From positions 160,001 through 224,000 of the forward strand of contig CAVSBO010000003.1 in the NCBI GenBank assembly GCA_963726195.1: a stretch of DNA of 64,000 bases. Reading direction: 5' to 3'. The notes beneath the pieces were generated by a model. The model did no database searches. It was not told where the DNA came from and worked only from the letters and a program-made list of their open reading frames with translations. Positions 61,751 through 64,000 of the stretch are shown piece by piece; positions within the stretch are counted from its first letter, which is position 1; each line of letters begins with the position of its first letter. The translations under genes were made by a program, and so were the position numbers. Source of the stretch: Candidatus Thorarchaeota archaeon (GTDB lineage Archaea > Asgardarchaeota > Thorarchaeia > Thorarchaeales > Thorarchaeaceae).

Positions 61751-61979
61751 TTTTCTCTCTACCTCTCTTAGTAGGTCGAGCCGGTGGGCGATGTCGCCCC
61801 TCGAGACTCTCGACTGTATTTAACGGAATACAACCTGCCTAAAAAGACATATGGCCGCACCAGCGTCAAACGTATCAAACAATGCGAGGAGAAGGCCTAC
61901 AAACGGTCAATTTGCTTCAGCAGTATCTGCCGAAAAGCCTTCGATAAGACAAAGATTGTGCATGCACAGGAACTCGAAC

Positions 61980-62776
61980 ATGAACGGCATTGATGAATCC
62001 GGCAAGAAAAACCAAGTCACCATAGTGTACGTGCATGGAGCAGGAGGTTCCTCGAGGGTCTGGTCCATGCAGCTGTCCGAGAGGGTGTCAAGCACTGGAA
62101 CGATTAGTGCGCCTCCTTCCCGGGGAGCACAGAAGACTCAGCCTAATGCACTTGCCGCCAACACCCATCAAATCGCGCTGAATCTCAACGGGCATGGAAC
62201 AACGCCCGACAGACAGCCTTCCGATGTGACAGAATCGTACCTTGAAGACATCGATGCTGTCGTGAGTTCATGCAAGAAGCCCATACTTGTGGGCCACTCG
62301 ATGGGAGGGGCTCTATCTCAGCTGTATGCTCTCAAGAATCCAGAAAAGCTTGGAGGGTTGGTCTTGGTTGGAACAGGAGCCCGTCTAAAAGTAGCACCCA
62401 TGATTTTTGATTTCTTGGACAAAGATCCAACTCATACTTCGACGCCATGCCGAAGTTCATGTTCTGCGAAAGCACTCCTAGAACCATCATCGAGGCTTCG
62501 CTGGCAGAGGCAAGGAAGTGCCCTGTGCCAGTCATACGCCGCGACTTCGAAGTGTGCAATGCCTTTGACCTGATGCAGGATGTCAGCAGGATTACAGTGC
62601 GCAGCCTGATTATTGTGGGCGATAGCGACGTCATGACACCTGTGAAATATGCGAACTACCTTCATGAAAAGATTGCGGGCTCGGAACTCCGCACGATAAC
62701 ACAAGCAGGACATGCAGTAATGCTTGAGAGACCCTCCGATTTCAACAAGGCGATTCTCGATTGGCTCAGGGTCTAG
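61980..62776 (+). CDS. Alpha/beta hydrolase, frameshift near 62430
   Basis: VHGAGG, GHG, GHSMGG, VGDSDVMTP, AGHAVMLE. Confidence 0.88.
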
Positions 62777-62786
62777 ATTGATGGTA

Positions 62787-63194
62787 TCAGTGTACTAGTC
62801 CGTGGCGGCGCTTCTTGGCCTCCACTGCTGCCACAAGCTTGGTACGATCGAAGTAGACCTCGTTACGGCTCATCTTACCGTCCTTCAACATTACTACGTC
62901 AAGACCGATCTCATGGATGACTTCTCCCGCTACTGGGATTGCACATTTCCATTTCAAGGCCATGCCGCCCTCAGTCGGAAAGACCTCTACAGGCTCCCAA
63001 GTCCAGTCATGATACACCTCAAGTAAGTTTGTGAAGTACGACAGGATTGCCTTCTTCCCGCGAAGGCCTTCTCTATGCGCTGGGTCGGAGTATACTGCGT
63101 CATCGGAGTAGAACTCTGCAAGCTCAACCGGTCTATTGCCCGTCCAAGCGGCGAGCCATCTCTTGGAGAATTCAAACAATTCCTGTTTATTCAT
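62787..63194 (-). CDS. SnoaL/NTF2-like protein
   Basis: WLAAW, FYSDDAVYSDP, LKDGKM.RNEVYFD. Confidence 0.85.
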   Translation of the reverse strand: MNKQELFEFSKRWLAAWTGNRPVELAEFYSDDAVYSDPAHREGLRGKKAILSYFTNLLEVYHDWTWEPVEVFPTEGGMALKWKCAIPVAGEVIHEIGLDVVMLKDGKMSRNEVYFDRTKLVAAVEAKKRRHGLVH

Positions 63195-63250
63195 GGTTGA
63201 GTCCCTACTATGTTTCCCAGTCTCAATGATACAGTTGATAGTCGCACTTG

Positions 63251-64000
63251 CTACAGTACGCGTTCCAACATCTTGATGAAATCGGCAGCTTGGTCCATGC
63301 CCTTTTGCCAGAAATCCTCCGCACTGATGTCGAATCCTATGTCTTTTCCGAGCTGAACCGGGGACTTGCTTGACCTTGCACCAAGCAGTGCCTTGAGCTT
63401 TGGAACAAATGCCTTGCCCTGTTCCTTGTAGAGTCTATAGAGAGCAAAGACGAAAAGCTGAGCGAAGACGTAAGGATAGTTGTAGAATCTGTAGTTTGCC
63501 ATGTAGTAATGTGGTTTCATAGTCCACTCCCATTTCATTACGTCCAGCCATTCGACGGCGTCGCCATAGATCTTGTCTCGGGCCTGCACCCAATACTTGG
63601 CGACCGCCTCACCGTCCAAGAACTCCCCGCGTCCAATGGCCTCGTATAGGCTCTTTTCGAAGAATACCCGTGCTGAAACTTGGAAGACGGTCATGCCAAA
63701 CTCATCCAGAATCTTGGCTAGTATGGCTTGTTTTTCCTGTTTGCTCTTGGTGCGGGAAAGCAGACGGTCCGCGAGAAGAAGTTCGCCAAAAGTCGATCCG
63801 CATTCCGCTATACATGAACCAACATCGAAGTTACTAAGTTTCTGGGCTCTTGAACCAAGATATCCGTGAACCGCGTGTCCATTCTCATGTGCGAGAGTGA
63901 ATACATCTCCAAGCTTGTTGTTGAAGCTGAGCAAAACGTAAGCGGTCTTCCCTGCAAAATAGTCCGCGCACCACGCGCCGGACCTCTTTCCATTTCTGAC
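63251..64000 (-). CDS. pepF: Oligoendopeptidase F (M3B), C-terminal part
   Basis: TLAHENGHAVH, IAECGSTFGE, PHYY, FYNYPY. Confidence 0.9.
   Translation of the reverse strand, partial: VRNGKRSGAWCADYFAGKTAYVLLSFNNKLGDVFTLAHENGHAVHGYLGSRAQKLSNFDVGSCIAECGSTFGELLLADRLLSRTKSKQEKQAILAKILDEFGMTVFQVSARVFFEKSLYEAIGRGEFLDGEAVAKYWVQARDKIYGDAVEWLDVMKWEWTMKPHYYMANYRFYNYPYVFAQLFVFALYRLYKEQGKAFVPKLKALLGARSSKSPVQLGKDIGFDISAEDFWQKGMDQAADFIKMLERVL

Overview
Gene-dense archaeal chromosomal segment, most likely from an Asgard archaeon (Thorarchaeia-like). This is inferred from a Rab-like small GTPase, a TMCO1/EMC3-type DUF106 protein, two geranylgeranyl reductases, an archaeal LipS2 lipoyl synthase, TATA-type promoters and GGAGG/GGTGA Shine-Dalgarno sites. 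About 55 CDS are present, covering metabolism (Udp, PfkA, FGGY kinase, KdaD-like dehydratase, agmatinase, lipoate assembly, nucleoside ABC transporter), surface beta-propeller proteins and regulators. One IS607-family element has an internally deleted TnpA and an intact TnpB, and its empty site can be reconstructed. No rRNA, tRNA or CRISPR array was seen. About a dozen small frameshifts split otherwise intact genes, which points to long-read indel errors, so split ORFs are merged here. Best leads: (1) a stand-alone, propeptide-less proteasome-beta-like Ntn protease paired with a divergent RHH-like gene; (2) a ~190-nt structured sRNA candidate with its own TATA box and terminator upstream of DUF106; (3) a riboswitch-like SD-sequestering leader ahead of two in-frame response regulators; (4) two genes that appear to start at AUC; (5) a series of strongly folded intergenic elements.
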